A DNA stretch of 64,000 nucleotides, taken from NCBI RefSeq assembly GCF_041146345.1, contig NW_027191413.1:1736001-1800000 (forward strand). Direction: 5' to 3'. This document shows, in pieces, positions 42,619 through 55,603 of this stretch (positions are counted from its first letter, which is position 1; every line of letters begins with the position of its first letter). The stretch is from Neodothiora populina. Taxonomy: Eukaryota. Position numbers and translations under genes: made by a program. The notes under the pieces are model-generated. The model saw nothing but the letters and a program-made list of their open reading frames with translations. It did no database searches and was not told the DNA's origin.

Positions 42619-44198
42619 CGATGGCCTCGTTCTCCCTAGCAAATATCCTTTTTGTCTTGCAGGCCATTGAGCGCCGAACAGAAAAAAAAAAGGATTCCAT
42701 CCAGCGTTTTGCTTTTACATTGGGCTTTTTTCCTTTTCCCTTTTCTAGCGTGGCGTTAAATCGGGCTCAGTCAGTCTTGCGCCAAACAAAGATGGGATGA
42801 ATATGTGTTTTCATGAAATGGGACGGTCGCCATTGTGGTGGTGTGATGAGTGACGGAAGTAATCAAAAAGGAAAGTAAGGAGAAAGAAGAAGAAATACCC
42901 CCCTTTTTGGTGTCAAAAACGAAACAAGTAAAAGAAACAATACCAAAAAAAAAGTCATAAACAGGTCCTCTTGGTAATATCTTCTGGTCTACCGTTCATT
43001 CTCCTTGTCTCCATCGATGCACGATGTAGGCTAGACTGCTTTGCAGTCTGGTCAGTGCTAACAACATGAGGTCGGAAGTCGGAAATAAAATGTAGAAGTA
43101 AAAGGGAAGGAATAATTCAGGCCAGCAAGGTAAACGAACGTAGAGCATCACACAACGACAATCGTGACAAGCAAGATAAGGTAGCTTCTCGAGGCCAGAA
43201 ACTCGACATTGAGCAGACAGTCACATGGGTCAGTACCTAGGTAAGAGCGACAGCGAGTACACTAAGGTAATATTGCCCATCAGCCATCCCTAGCCGCAAC
43301 ATTTCATCGCTACAAGCGGAGTGAGTTTCCAGCAGACCTCTGCGAGACCGACGGACAAACAAAGACCTGTATGCAGTTCATGTATCACAGAAAACGAAAG
43401 AAATGTTGTTCAGTAGGTCCATGGCTACTTCCTGACATAATTTCGTGAAGGAACAGTGAGTAAAACGATATCACGTGGGGTCGGTAGCAAACTGGAATGA
43501 ACTTGTTGAGTCACTAAGCTCCGTAAGTTAAGAACGAGGAACGAGTACAAAAGTCCGCGGCAGGGCGTAGCACATGTATTATACCAATTGAATCATAGAG
43601 TGATGTTTGCCTACCCTTGAACGTAGACTTTGTTAAATGGTGACGAACAGGCGGATCCAGAGGAGGTCTTGATTGTATCTAAAGACTGGCTTCTGGAGCG
43701 CAGTATGTGAACAGGGTCGCCCTCTCGCTCTAAGCCAAATTACATGGGTGGGACTAGGGGATGTCCATTTCTCGCTTTGTTCATTCTGCTAATTATGTTA
43801 CGTCGAACATTTACGTTCCGCAAGTAGGACGATAGGATCATGGCTTGTTGAGCGAATCTTGTTTTCGATGTGTATAATTATCTATTTATCTATCTAGCGA
43901 GTAAGTAGGTGTTCTATATAAGTCTAATGATTCATAGGAGAGGGTTGAACAAGAAGTAAAGCAAAACTCGCTACGCTACATGTTAGGGTATTATACATCA
44001 AGCAAAGGTATAAACCTCTTGTATAGGGTTATTTGATGAGGTTGATAGTATAGCTGCTGTGATCTCCGTCAAGTGTCGCCTTACTCTGTTGATCGTGACA
44101 GAGGTAAAGGAGGCATGTTATGAACAAAAGTGCAACATCTATGCATTGGCACCCTTGATACAGCAGAGGGAGGGAAAGACAAGCAAGAAGCAATATCA

Positions 44199-45614
44199 TT
44201 AGTCTTCTTCACCTTCACGCGTCGCTCGCTCTGTATGCGAAAACGCTACGCTTGTGGCAATGACAAGAGCCGCACCAGCGAGCAAAGTGCCGCCGCAAAA
44301 CGCCTGCATGCCGATCCAACTGCCACGACCGACTAGCACACCCGCGATGGGTGTGCCGATCAAGATACCCAGCGCGGCGCAGAAAGAGTTCAAGCCCATC
44401 CTGCCGCCAAAAGTGCTCAGGTCTGTCGTGATGGACACGACTGTTGATGGCTGCAGACTGACAAAAGAGCCGGAAAAGCCGCCGTACAGTAGCGACCATA
44501 CGATCATGCCGCCCTCAGCGCCTTCTCCGATTCCCATCCAGCAGAACCCTAGCACACCGGCGATGATGGTACAGAAGGCAAGGACATTGACGGGGCCCAG
44601 ACGATCGGCGACAAGGCCAGGGAGGATGCGGCCGGCGATGGACCCAGCACTGGTGATGGGAAGCATGTAAAATGAAATCGTAGGGTCCATGCCGCCCTTG
44701 ACCGTCGAGAACTCGGACACGTAAAAGAAGGGAACGTACAGTCCGATGAAGCCGACGAAACTTGCGAGACAAAATAGCGAAAAGGGAGCCTCCTTGAACG
44801 CCCAGATATCCAGCATCTTTTTGCGAGTCGAGGGAAACGCCCTCGCCTTGATGCAGAAGCAAGGGGTGATCAGACTGCCGAGAGAGATGAAAGCAACAAC
44901 CCTGGTCGCCCAGCCAAACCCAATCGTGGGCTGTAGACGGTGAAACACAATGGGATAGATGACACCTCCCAGACTACTACCCGACGCTGCGATCCCCATT
45001 GCGAATGACTTCTTGGTCGTGAAATACGATGGCACGATACCAACAGCCGGCAGGAACAGACAGCCACCTCCGATGCCCACGCATAGTCCTTGCGCCAGCA
45101 TCAATTGCCAATAGGAGTCGCACAAACTCGTCATCATCATTCCGAACACAACGAGGAATGTGCCAGATACTATCAGTGCCCGCGGATGTCCAGCATCGAA
45201 GATTGGCCCAGCGAAGACCGTGGCGCTACAAAGCAGGAATGCTTGTATACTGCCTATCCAGGAAATGTCCGAATTGGATACATTTGGGATCAACGTTGTC
45301 GAGTAATACTCCTGAAAGACACCAAAGGCATTCACTAGTCCCCAGCAGTTCATGAAACATAGGCATCCAGACAATACTTGTATCCAGGCAACCAAGCCAC
45401 CGTTCGGAATGGATGCGGTTGGTTTAGTGCGAACGATCGACTCTATCCGCGTCAATTCTGGCTCTGCCCGCCCTCCAGACTTCTCAGCATCGTGAAAGTC
45501 ATGAGGTATGATGTCCGACTCTGCTTTTCCCTCGTCTGTGGAATGTATCGACGATGCTTTGCTTTCTTTGTGATCTTGGTGACTCGAGAAACTCGTCCCG
45601 GGACTATTCGCCAT
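44199..45614 (-). CDS. MFS monocarboxylate-transporter family protein (Mch-like)
   Basis: Intronless 471 aa with PNGGLVAW, FGVFQEYY, SWIGS, AMGIAASGSSLGG and about 12 hydrophobic segments. Confidence 0.92.
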   Translation of the reverse strand: MANSPGTSFSSHQDHKESKASSIHSTDEGKAESDIIPHDFHDAEKSGGRAEPELTRIESIVRTKPTASIPNGGLVAWIQVLSGCLCFMNCWGLVNAFGVFQEYYSTTLIPNVSNSDISWIGSIQAFLLCSATVFAGPIFDAGHPRALIVSGTFLVVFGMMMTSLCDSYWQLMLAQGLCVGIGGGCLFLPAVGIVPSYFTTKKSFAMGIAASGSSLGGVIYPIVFHRLQPTIGFGWATRVVAFISLGSLITPCFCIKARAFPSTRKKMLDIWAFKEAPFSLFCLASFVGFIGLYVPFFYVSEFSTVKGGMDPTISFYMLPITSAGSIAGRILPGLVADRLGPVNVLAFCTIIAGVLGFCWMGIGEGAEGGMIVWSLLYGGFSGSFVSLQPSTVVSITTDLSTFGGRMGLNSFCAALGILIGTPIAGVLVGRGSWIGMQAFCGGTLLAGAALVIATSVAFSHTERATREGEED

Positions 45615-46988
45615 GACGTTCCTCGCTTGGCTTGGGCGCTAAGATGTGTTCTCCAGTGCCAAGATCCCCCTTTCAGACTACCTTACCTTAAGGTTCTAGA
45701 CTGACCCCCGAAGCGAGTGATACCAAGTACAAGCCTTGAAGCAAAAAAGTAAAGGAGTTTGATCTTATGGACGATAAAGGAGGAGCGTTACAATCTTCTG
45801 TCCGTGATAAAGAACTGCGACTCGTCTCATTGTTATTGAAGAATATTCCAGCAAGTGAATGCCGCGTTCTGGGGCCTCAAGTGCCGAGTAGGCAAATGCC
45901 GTGTGACAACACCGAAGTAGGACCCATTTAGCACCTTCGCAGAGACGAGAGTCGGAAAAACCGTCTGCATGTGCAGCCGCTGACTGGCAAAACAGAGGGC
46001 ATCGCAACAGGCGTGTTTGGCTATCGCCAGACCCACCGCAAGATACACAACATGAAAGCAGGATTCGTCCACCGGTCTGTACAGCGGAAGCATATTCGGG
46101 ACATTCCAAGGTAAAAATCTGTGGGTCTTCAGCCGCTGTAGAATAGCTTATGGAGTAGCATATCGCAATGATGCCCTAAGGAGCCGCTTGAGGATCTGAG
46201 TCAATGCTAAACATCACCTCATCGTAGATAGTCAAGGTATGCTGCAGTAGCATCTCTACCGTAGTGGCCTTACACGTCGCTATTTGGGACAATTTCATAA
46301 TCTCTCAGCGGAAGCTCGCGAATGTGCGGTATGTAGCGGACAGCACGCGTATGCTTGAGTTTCGCGGTAGATGTCTTTATAGAGCATTCGGTTGCATCGC
46401 TACTGCAGCAGCGGCGTAGATTGGGTACACTAGGGCAGAGTTGCGATCTCGCAAATCGTCGGTCCGTAACGAACGAATAAACAGCAGCTTGCATGAGCGG
46501 ACGGAAAAAGTCACCTGAGAATGAGCACAGGGGCAAGGAGTTTTTGTCCTGCCCGGCTCGAGACTTCGGCAGTAGATATGGAAATCGGTATCTAGCTGCC
46601 CAATCTGCAATCGCTGCATGTTCGTGTTCTGGGTACAGTACATACACGTCGCGACTGCTCGTGCACACGCGTAGCGTAGATTCGATCAAGCTCACAATAA
46701 AGACAGTGCACCACGTTCTGTCTAAGGTGGCGCGTTTCTTGTGGAAAGACTTCGACTATTCGTAGATATTTTATGTTTGATTTCAACTTCTATTGCGATT
46801 TTTATCTTGGTCGTGTCTTCTGAGCCTGGTCTTGGAAATCATACCAGCGTCTCCTGGACGCTGACAAAATCACAGCGCACTTTCTCTAATGCAAGCTCCT
46901 AATCATTTCGTTTCCATCATGCCCACCTCGACCACCTCCAAGTAATGGGCAATCCAAGCACGTGTATGCTGCGGGTCACAATGATTGT

Positions 46989-48614
46989 CTATTCCTTCTT
47001 GGTTCTGTCGGCAAGCTCACCCTCCTTTGGTAGCTTAGGAGCAGGCTGGGACTTTGCCTCGGCCTTGCCCTTGGCCTTCAAGCTGGTGGAGTCCTTGGGG
47101 AGGTCCTTGACGTACGGTAAGAATTCGGGCTGGCCAGGGATGTACTTTCTGAGCACCTCTGGCACGACAAGACCGTCCTCGGTCTGGTAGTTTTCTAGAA
47201 CACAGCAGAGAGCTCTCTCAGTAGCGCAAAGGGTAGAGTTGAGTGCGTGAACGTAAGCTTTGTTGTATCCGCTGTCAGTCTGTTTCTTCTGGCCGAAACG
47301 GATCTCAAGCTCGCGAGTCTGGTAGTCAGTGCAGTTTGAGCACGAAACAAGCTCCTTGTACTCGCCCTGGAAGGGGAACCAGGCCTCGAGATCGTACTTC
47401 TTGGCGGCTGCGTTGTTGAGGGCACCCGAGACGATAGCTACGACACGGTACGGGATGTTGAGCGACTTGTAGAACTCCTCGGAGGTGTTGATCATGGAGT
47501 CGAAGTGCTCCCATGAGTCCTCGGGCTTGCAGAAGATGAACTGCTCGATCTGTGAGAGCGAGATTAGCTATGGAAATGGAAGATAGGAGACAAACTTATC
47601 CACCTTCTCGAACTGATGGACACGGAAGATACCCCAAGCGTCCTTGCCGTGGGATCCAGCTTCTTTCCTGAAGCAGGTGCTGTAGCCAGCGTACTTGATG
47701 GGGAGTTCCTTGTCGTTGAGCCACTCACCCTCGTGCAGGGCCGAGATGGGTTGCTCGGAGGTGGCAATGAGGTACTTGTCCGTCTTCTCGTCACCATCAT
47801 CAGTGACCTTGTAGAGCTCCTCGTCGAACTGCTCGAGCTGAGCAGTCTTGGCCATGGCCTCTCTGAGCATGAAGAAAGGGGGCTGGTTGGGCTTGTAGCC
47901 CTTGTTGAAGAGGAACTCGAGACCGTAGTTGATGAGAGCAAGATTGAGGAAGAGTCCGTAGCCAGTCAAGCAGTAACCTCGGTGGCCGACAATCTTGACT
48001 CCACGCTCAGGGTCGTATCCATCGAGACGGGTGAGAACCTCGTGGTGGGAGAGAACATCCTTCTTGACAACCTCGGTGTTCTCAGGGGCCCAGTCACGGA
48101 TGAGCGCATTTTTGTCCTCGTTGTCGCTGACGGGAACCGAGTCGTGCACATAGTTACCCACACTCTTAGCTGTCTTCCTGAGTGCAAGCTCCTTTTCGCG
48201 GGCGGACTCCTCCAACTGCTTCTGCTCCTTCTGTAGCTCCTCCTTCTGCTTCAACAAGTGATCCGCATCGCCCTTGGCCTGTCTCCCGCAATATGACTGG
48301 TCAGCGCTAACCCAAAGTTTCTGTATTCAATGCTGCAGTTGCGCTGACCTTTTTGATCTGGCCAATCTCCTTTTGCACAGCGTTGATCTTGGTGCGAATC
48401 TGATCAGCAGCATATTTAGCTGAACACGGGGGGATCTGTCAGTAGAGCGTAGGAGAGACAAAACACAAATCGCAGTCTCACTCTTTCTGTGGTCCTCGAA
48501 CATGGCAATGACCTCGTCCACGATTTCCTCCTTGGCATGGCGCTTTTTTTGACTGTCGCGGATCTTCTGAGGATTACCACCACGCTCGGTGATGAAGTCG
48601 TTAACGTCCAACAT
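46989..48614 (-). CDS. SES1: cytoplasmic seryl-tRNA synthetase
   Basis: MLD start, [38 protein letters not shown] and HALNSTL. Three introns. Confidence 0.97.
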
Positions 48615-48789
48615 CTTGTTCTGGGCTCGGTCACTTTCGAGTGACTTTCGTGCTGCTTGTGATGGTGGATGTGATTGACTCCGCGGAACAGCGTCTCTGG
48701 ACTGGTTTGCTTGTCACAGGTGGGCTGTTTTGTCGTATACCGTATGCCCAATAAATTGCATCCTTATGAGGGTGCGGGGCGGCTTGTGA

Positions 48790-48797
48790 TTGACTCA
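48790..48797. promoter_or_regulatory. Gcn4/CpcA (cross-pathway control) site TTGACTCA upstream of SES1
   Basis: Perfect TGACTCA about 180 bp upstream of the SES1 ATG, with another TGACTC near 48676. Confidence 0.5.
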
Positions 48798-49669
48798 AGA
48801 CCCTCGTTTCCATCGCTGGCGGTGAGTCGAATGTCTTGGCTTTGTCTGTCTGTCTGTCTGGACCCAAGGTAGCAAGGCCAGGCGCTTCTCCTGCGTGTCG
48901 GCAATTGTTGTAGGCACAGTATGATGCTACAATATTATAGCTGCAGCACCTTGGCATCTTACCTGATAGGTACACAGCTTTTGTAAGGCTGGATGACAAC
49001 TGTATGCGAACCCAATTGGGAGCCTATTGATTATCTCTCCAATTCCTACATCCTGAAGCTACCTTACCACTGCCGTCGAAGCAAGTCGATCATGTACAAG
49101 TTTACAGGGGCAATTGGCTCAGCATATGTCTTGTGGCTGATAGACGTTCCATTCACATTTCTCGGTCTCATATTACAACCTTCTTGATTACCGCGGCGAG
49201 CCCTCGTCGGGTCCTTTCCTGCAGCAGGCCCATAAACATGGGCGATAAATCGACATGCCCTGCTTGGGGGCAGGAAGAGATATCATGCATCTCCGCTTCC
49301 TTTCGTGCTTTGCCCTCACTGGCTCTCCCATCTCCTTCGATAAGCACTCAATCACGCCACCCATTAGGCAGGAACCCTTGACGCCCGTGCTAAAATAAAA
49401 AACCCCAAATGCTCTGAACGCTGAAGTATGCCATAGCTCCACATTGCGCTTATGCCAGCGCGATATGTAATGCTGAAAAGTGAAAAGAAAAAGTAACAGG
49501 CGAGCCTGTAATTGATGAATCGAAAGAGCCTCTATCATGAATGGTGTTGTGATGGAACCATGCCAGAGACGCGAGGCTTTGTAGCCGGAAATAGTGGCCG
49601 CCGTGGGGACTTTCGTTGCGTGCATGTTGATGTGCTTCAACTACGCTCCGACTGTGTCAAACCAGAGGG

Positions 49670-50095
49670 TCAAGGCTTGTCCTCGGAAGGAGCACTTGAC
49701 GATTGAACGTGATCGAAGTCTGGGAAACTAACGTAGCCCTCTATTTGCAGATGTCAGGAAAGACACCGGAAGGATTAGGTACATCAGGAATGCTTACCTT
49801 GACTGTCGTCCGATAGTCGACGTCTAACTACCTCCCAATGGATCTCGCTGTCCTGCCCAGGGCTTGTGGAAGGTGACGCTGGGGGACTGTTCCTTGGCGT
49901 CGGATTCCGTGACGATGTAGATGCCACTCTTGACAGCATTGATGTTGCATCGCCGGATGCTGCTCTGCTGTAGCCATGGCGAGATGTATGCGAGTTCTGG
50001 CGATTTAACGATGGTGGAATGGCCGTTGATGCTTTCAACGTCCCACGCATGAGCATGCTGGGCGAGCTTGAAATACGCTGACTTTCTCTGGCCAT
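49670..50095 (-). CDS. uncharacterised 122-aa Ser/Arg/Pro-rich protein
   Basis: CAACAATG start. Exon 50095-49798, intron 49797-49741 (GTAAGC..CTGAC..TAG) and exon 49740-49670 give ...RRRLSDDSQEGYVSFPDFDHVQSSSAPSEDKP*. Confidence 0.65.
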
Positions 50096-51957
50096 TGTTG
50101 ACGTATTCGTTGGAATAGGATAAATGGATGTGTAGTGGTATTGGTATGGCTTCTATTGAAGATGATAAGGAAGCGAATGTGAGTCGGTGTTGTTTGAGTT
50201 ACAAGTGTAGATGATTTGATCTTAGAAAGTGAGGCGGTTGAACGAGCGGGGTTGAAGGTGAGAAATATATGGCACGATGGGATTGAATGTAGTAAGTAAC
50301 CTGCCAGGCAAGGGTGGCGTTGTATTTACTTGTATATAACACCATATTTGAGTACCAACTGCACAGTACTAGTGTACCTCGACTCACACATACACTCACC
50401 CTCTAGACCTTGGCCCTACGAAAGGAAGAGCCCGAGAACCAGTAATCATGACGCACGGCCGATCTGCCGATGGTTCAGGGGTGTGCTGTCACATAACGAC
50501 ACGGGCACGACTCGAGACCTTGCTTTGCGCCCAAAACCTGTCGCGTGTCGTTTTGTTTGGTGGGAATCTCCCTCTGATCCAGGTCTGAGCAGGGAAGCAG
50601 AGACCCTTACCACCTCCCCAGACAGGATAAGCCCGCCTGCGCAACCCATTTCGCACTCGATTCATAGCTTTTCGGGTAAAGGACTAACGACGTGCGGAAG
50701 CGTTGCCTCTGGGTTCCCACACAAGGTGCGCCGATCCGCGAACGCTCCGAGGAGCCTCATCATCAGCTCGTCAGGTACCTCCACGTCGAGCCACGCAGCC
50801 TTGTCAGGACTAGCGGACACGGCACCATCTGGTGCTGGCTTGGGCCTCCAAGCCACATTTGAGCTTCGCTGACTGGACCTCTCTTGCCATCATCAGAGTA
50901 AAAATGAGAGAGAGAGAGAGCAGAGAAGAATGCCACGCACCGGCCCACCAGCGACGTGCAGCTGCAGCAAGGCCCAACCCAATTCCGGGGAGCGGTCTTA
51001 CTCACATTCCGTCGAATGGGGATGCTCGGGTCTTGGCGCTAGTATCGCTAGCCTCCATACCGGACTTTTCCAAGGATTGGGGGATCGGGAAACGGACTCG
51101 GGTCGTTTTCCTTTCTGTGCTTGACTCTTCTCTTTGTCATCTATTTAATTAATGATAATGTGCCTGACACACTCTGGCGACGGCGGCGTCGTCGTGGGGC
51201 GGCGGCTTCTGGAAGAAGATGATGTACGATACTATAACATCCCGCTAACCGACTTCACCGACACAAAAATGGTTGCAATGGACGTCCGCATGTGGCAATT
51301 TATCGCTCGACACGTGTTGTTCGTCGAGGCGAATGACCACTGGATGCCGGGCGAGTCGTGTCACTGTGCCATGGCCGTGCTATTGTAGTCGTGCGACGGC
51401 CACAGGACACACTTTCTACGCACTCGTTCGGATGCCCTTGCTTCCACACGTCGCTCGTATTTGACGTATGCACAGCTTGGGCTCTTTTTCTCTCACTATG
51501 AACGATCTCCGTCCGTCTTTGACGCTGAACGAGGATCGAGAGACGGTTTTACTTGCGTTTGCCTACTATTGAAAGGACCACGATCGGATTTCCCGCTATG
51601 CATGCATAGCCGTTCCTCCACATGCTGCTAATGTATGTCTGCTGCGGAGTGCCAGCGGCCCGTTCCTGGTCTAAGGCTCGTGGTGGTAATTCGCGCAGCG
51701 ATCTCACACATGTATTTCATATTCTGCTTCGAATCTGCCTTAGATGCGACAAGGAAATGATCTACGTCTAGCAATCAAATGTAAACCTCCTAACGTCCGC
51801 GCGCCAAAAAACAAAAGGTAAAAGATTAAACTAAGATATGTGCTCGGCGTGCACGCGTTAACCAATTGGTGCGCGTGAGCACGCGCGTAGTGGACGCCAA
51901 AAATAAATGACACAGCCTCCGGTCTCGAGGAGAGAGCATGGTGCAACTCGTCTATGA

Positions 51958-53750
51958 TCAGTGCTGGTGAACATACGTCAGTGTCATGCGAATATCCGAT
52001 ATCAGATTTACGTACGTCGACGTCTTCCCACGCGCGGCCTTGGACATTGTTCAACTCTTCCAGCGTCATAATTTTACCCGTGGTGACTGCATAAGCCATT
52101 AGCACAATTCATTAGATTAATTTCCCACTTAATGAACTTACAATACCCGGCGTGAATTTTCGCATCAATCTCTACTCTAGAGTCTTCGGGAATCATTTCG
52201 TCCGGGATAGGGATGCGCTCGTGAATGGGGATGCCCTGCTCGACGATAGCGTCATGCTTCATGCTAAAGCACGATGGATTAGTGACACGAATTCATGCAG
52301 GGGCAAGGAACAGCCACTCACTTGGACATGCTTAACATGCGATCAATCTTGGTGATTCCTAGCCAATGCAGGATGTCAGGCATGAGAGCCTGGAACCGCA
52401 TATCCTTGACACCAGCAATGTTTTCCGTGCGCTTGAAGTACTCGCTCGCTCTGTCGGTGCCACGCTTCCTCGCATTGTAGACGAGATACTTGGTCACCTC
52501 ACCAAGAGCTCTTCCCTCTTTTCTGAAATAGATGACCACACCACTTCCACCCTTCTGAGCCTCCTTGACTGCTTCTTCAATACCAAAGATGAGGTATGGC
52601 CGGCAAGTACAAATGTCGGATCCAAAAACATCGCTGCCGTTGCATTCATCATGCACGCGCAACGCCAAGCGTGAGTCGGGATCAGACATCTTCGCAGGAT
52701 CACCAAAGCAGTAGACGGTCAGCCCTCCTATAGGCGGAAGGAATACTTTGATGTCACCGCGAGTAATCAGCTCGGGATACATGCCGCCGGTGTGCTCGAA
52801 CAACGATCTCCTGAGAGTGCCTTCGTCAATGCCAAAGCGTTCCGCCACCCCGGGGAGATACCAGACCGGTTCCACGGCGATTTTGGTCACGGCAAGTTCT
52901 CCCGATGCATTCAGACAGATTTTGCCATCGGGGACGAGTCTACCTTTTCGAACACTCTCTTCGAGCTCTGGAAGTTTCATGTGGGCTTTTGTGATGGCGA
53001 TTGTCGGTCTGATCTCAACATTCTGATTCGTAATGACATCTTTGTACAGCCAAGGTGATAAATGTCCCAGGGGATCCATTGCCACGATCTTCTTAGGGTC
53101 CGACCATGTGGGGAATGGGCCGATGTTCACAGCTGGCTCGGTATTGGTGAAGTCTGGCTTGTGATCGATGTCGAGATTCTTGCTTGCCACGGCTAGAGCA
53201 TGGTAAATCGAGTACGAACCACCATGGGCACCGATCGCTATGTTCGAAAATCAGGCAGAGTTACGTGAATCCCAAAGCACATGAACTCACCATTTCTTCG
53301 ACGGATGGTGCCTGGATTACGAGAGACGACTACAGGGCCACGAGTACTGGGGTCCTTGTGGCCCCAGTTCATTGGCAGAGGATCAACCCCGGCTTGACCA
53401 GGATATGAAGTGAGAATGATCTTTGAGGTAGTACTGGACTTGCGGGCTGGGTCGACCGCAGGAGATCCAGACAGGTTGGGGGTTGTTGGCATGCTCTCAG
53501 TCGCGGTTTGTGTTCCGTTGGACGTGGCTACGGCTTGAAATTGAGGAGGTTTCTGGTCAACGATAGCTTCCGCAGTATTGCCATCTTGCATCTGCTTGAC
53601 GCCTGCGAGTATATTGACACGGCCATTGATGGCATCAACTGCAGCAGCAAGTTGAGCATTCTCCTGTTGGATAGACTTTAAGCTCGCCAGAATCTGCTGC
53701 AAGATGGCATTGTCGGCACTGGACAACTCTGACTGTTTTGCATGATACAT
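51958..53750 (-). CDS. URG1: uracil-regulated protein Urg1/Urc1 (GTP cyclohydrolase II-like with N-terminal extension)
   Basis: IILTSYPGQ, RGPVVVSR, RNAIGAHGGSYSIY (spliced), the Zn motif HDECNGSDVFGSDICTC, RKEGRALG and AKIHAGY. Four introns; ends WEDVDH*. Confidence 0.93.
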
Positions 53751-54587
53751 AATGCGACGCAGATGAGTGCTTGTACTACAGGCTACGAGCCAGGACAGGA
53801 ATAGGAAGGAAACACAGGGACTCTTAGTCAGGTCTCAACGATAGCAAAGGCAGGTCAACAGAAACGTGGGTATATCGTTGATCACGTAGAACGAGTAGAT
53901 ACGGCGGGCCGAGGTGCCGAGTCAGTTCCTATAACACAAATCGCAGTTACAGCTGTGGCGAATGAGAGGAAGAATGCAGCAGAGACGGAGAATTCAGGAA
54001 TATGTCGAAGTATATGCAGCAGCGCAGAGTACACCGTCTTTCTCCAATATGCACATGTATGTATGTACAGCAAAGCACTCAGTCAGCGGACCTTAGGAGC
54101 TGAGATAAGATATCATTCAGGACGATAACCCCACTTCGGTCATCCCCACCCGAATCGAACCTGAGTGCGTTGGACGTGCCAAGATGTCTGCTTTGCCAGC
54201 ACGAGTTTACGCATGCTGCCGTGCAGTCAAAGACTAGGAAGGTCACGGAAACATTATGACTGTTCATGTCGGCTACCAACGAGCGCTTAGTACAGTACGT
54301 TGTGTATGATGAGATAGCAAGAGTGCAGTAGCAGACGCCTAGAGGGTGTGGCTTCATTCGAAATCGCAATGAATGCTTTAACAGTACTTTACTAATGCAT
54401 TTCGGAGAAGAGTGAGGAGCAGTAGAAGCACGTCACACGAGGCAGAGCAGGAGTAACTAAATAGTCCTGGCACTTGCAGTGACTGCGACTACAGTGCACA
54501 CAAAAGCTGTAGCAATTGAATCTGGCTGGACATTAGTATTTATTTCGTGTTTTTCTTTGATGCTATGCTGCGTCTTCGCACTGTTCT

Positions 54588-54688
54588 CTTATCTAAGGTT
54601 TCTCGTCTCCGATGCTAGGAATTTACTTATCTTATCCATGTTTTACTTATCTTTCACCTATCTATTGACTATCTCTCACTTATCTATC
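54588..54688 (-). promoter_or_regulatory. cluster of GATAAG (AreA/Nit2/Gln3-type) sites upstream of URG1
   Basis: CTTATC at 54588, 54626, 54631, 54646 and 54679, plus CTATC at 54658, 54669 and 54684, all in one orientation. Confidence 0.6.
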
Positions 54689-55603
54689 GCGGAACAATCT
54701 GTATTGTCTTCACTTGTCATCTTGTGTCTTTTCTAACACTTGTTTTGAATGAATTCTTATTTAGTGTTCCAATGGTTGATACTTATATTGGACTTTCTCT
54801 ACTGCTCTTTTAATGGTTAGTATGGCCGCCCATGGGATGATCAGAATAATGCTTCTACATGCTCTCTCCATCTCGACATGTCCTCTCATGGTGAGATCGA
54901 TCAATCACAAGTAGTCGCAATATTAGTCTCTGACGAGTAGTCCCGTGTATGGTCTTGATTAAAGTATCGTGTCTCTATGTTAGGTCGGTATGCTAAGTGT
55001 GATCTAAAGATATATACGGGCTGCAATCGCTCAAGAGCCTTGATCAGACGAGCGTAGAGGTCCCAAAAGCCATATATAAGCCCTTGATTCCATTAGTGTT
55101 TCTTCGGTCGAGGGTTACTTTCGGAAGACGACACTCCGCATCTCACTGGTGGTCCTTCCTAGTTGTAATTGGACTTTGGTTGTTCACTGCTCGCTTGAAG
55201 CTCAGTCAGAAAAGTAGTCATACAAGTGTTGTAGGCAATTTGTGACATGCCACATTTATCTATTCAGAGCTAGATCTGGCAAACATGGATCATCGATGAA
55301 TCTGTCGATAAAGATCACATGTAGTCGTTGAACTGTTGTACGACACTCCGAGTAGCACGAATCAGCGTAATTCAGTATAGAAGCGTGCCAAGGGAAATGT
55401 ACGTCACGCTTGGAGCGCGTCCGCACATGTTGCCGCGATATCACAAAGTCAGGGTAAACCACAGAAGTCGAGTGCACGAGTTTATCTTATATCACTTCTT
55501 TGAGACGACCATCGCAGTGCCTCTGATTTGCAGACTCGACCAATACCCAACTTCGCGCGACTTCTCTTTTGCAGTACCTTAATTTCTACTAGAAGCAACC
55601 AAG

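Noticed and set aside
43860..44060. AT/TpA-rich patch suggestive of a RIP-mutated transposon relic
   Set aside because: Short, with no terminal repeats or TE coding remnants; compatible with the MFS terminator region.
54479..54736. Hydrophobic 85-aa ORF
   Set aside because: An artefact of T-rich promoter sequence that overlaps the GATA array; non-ATG start.
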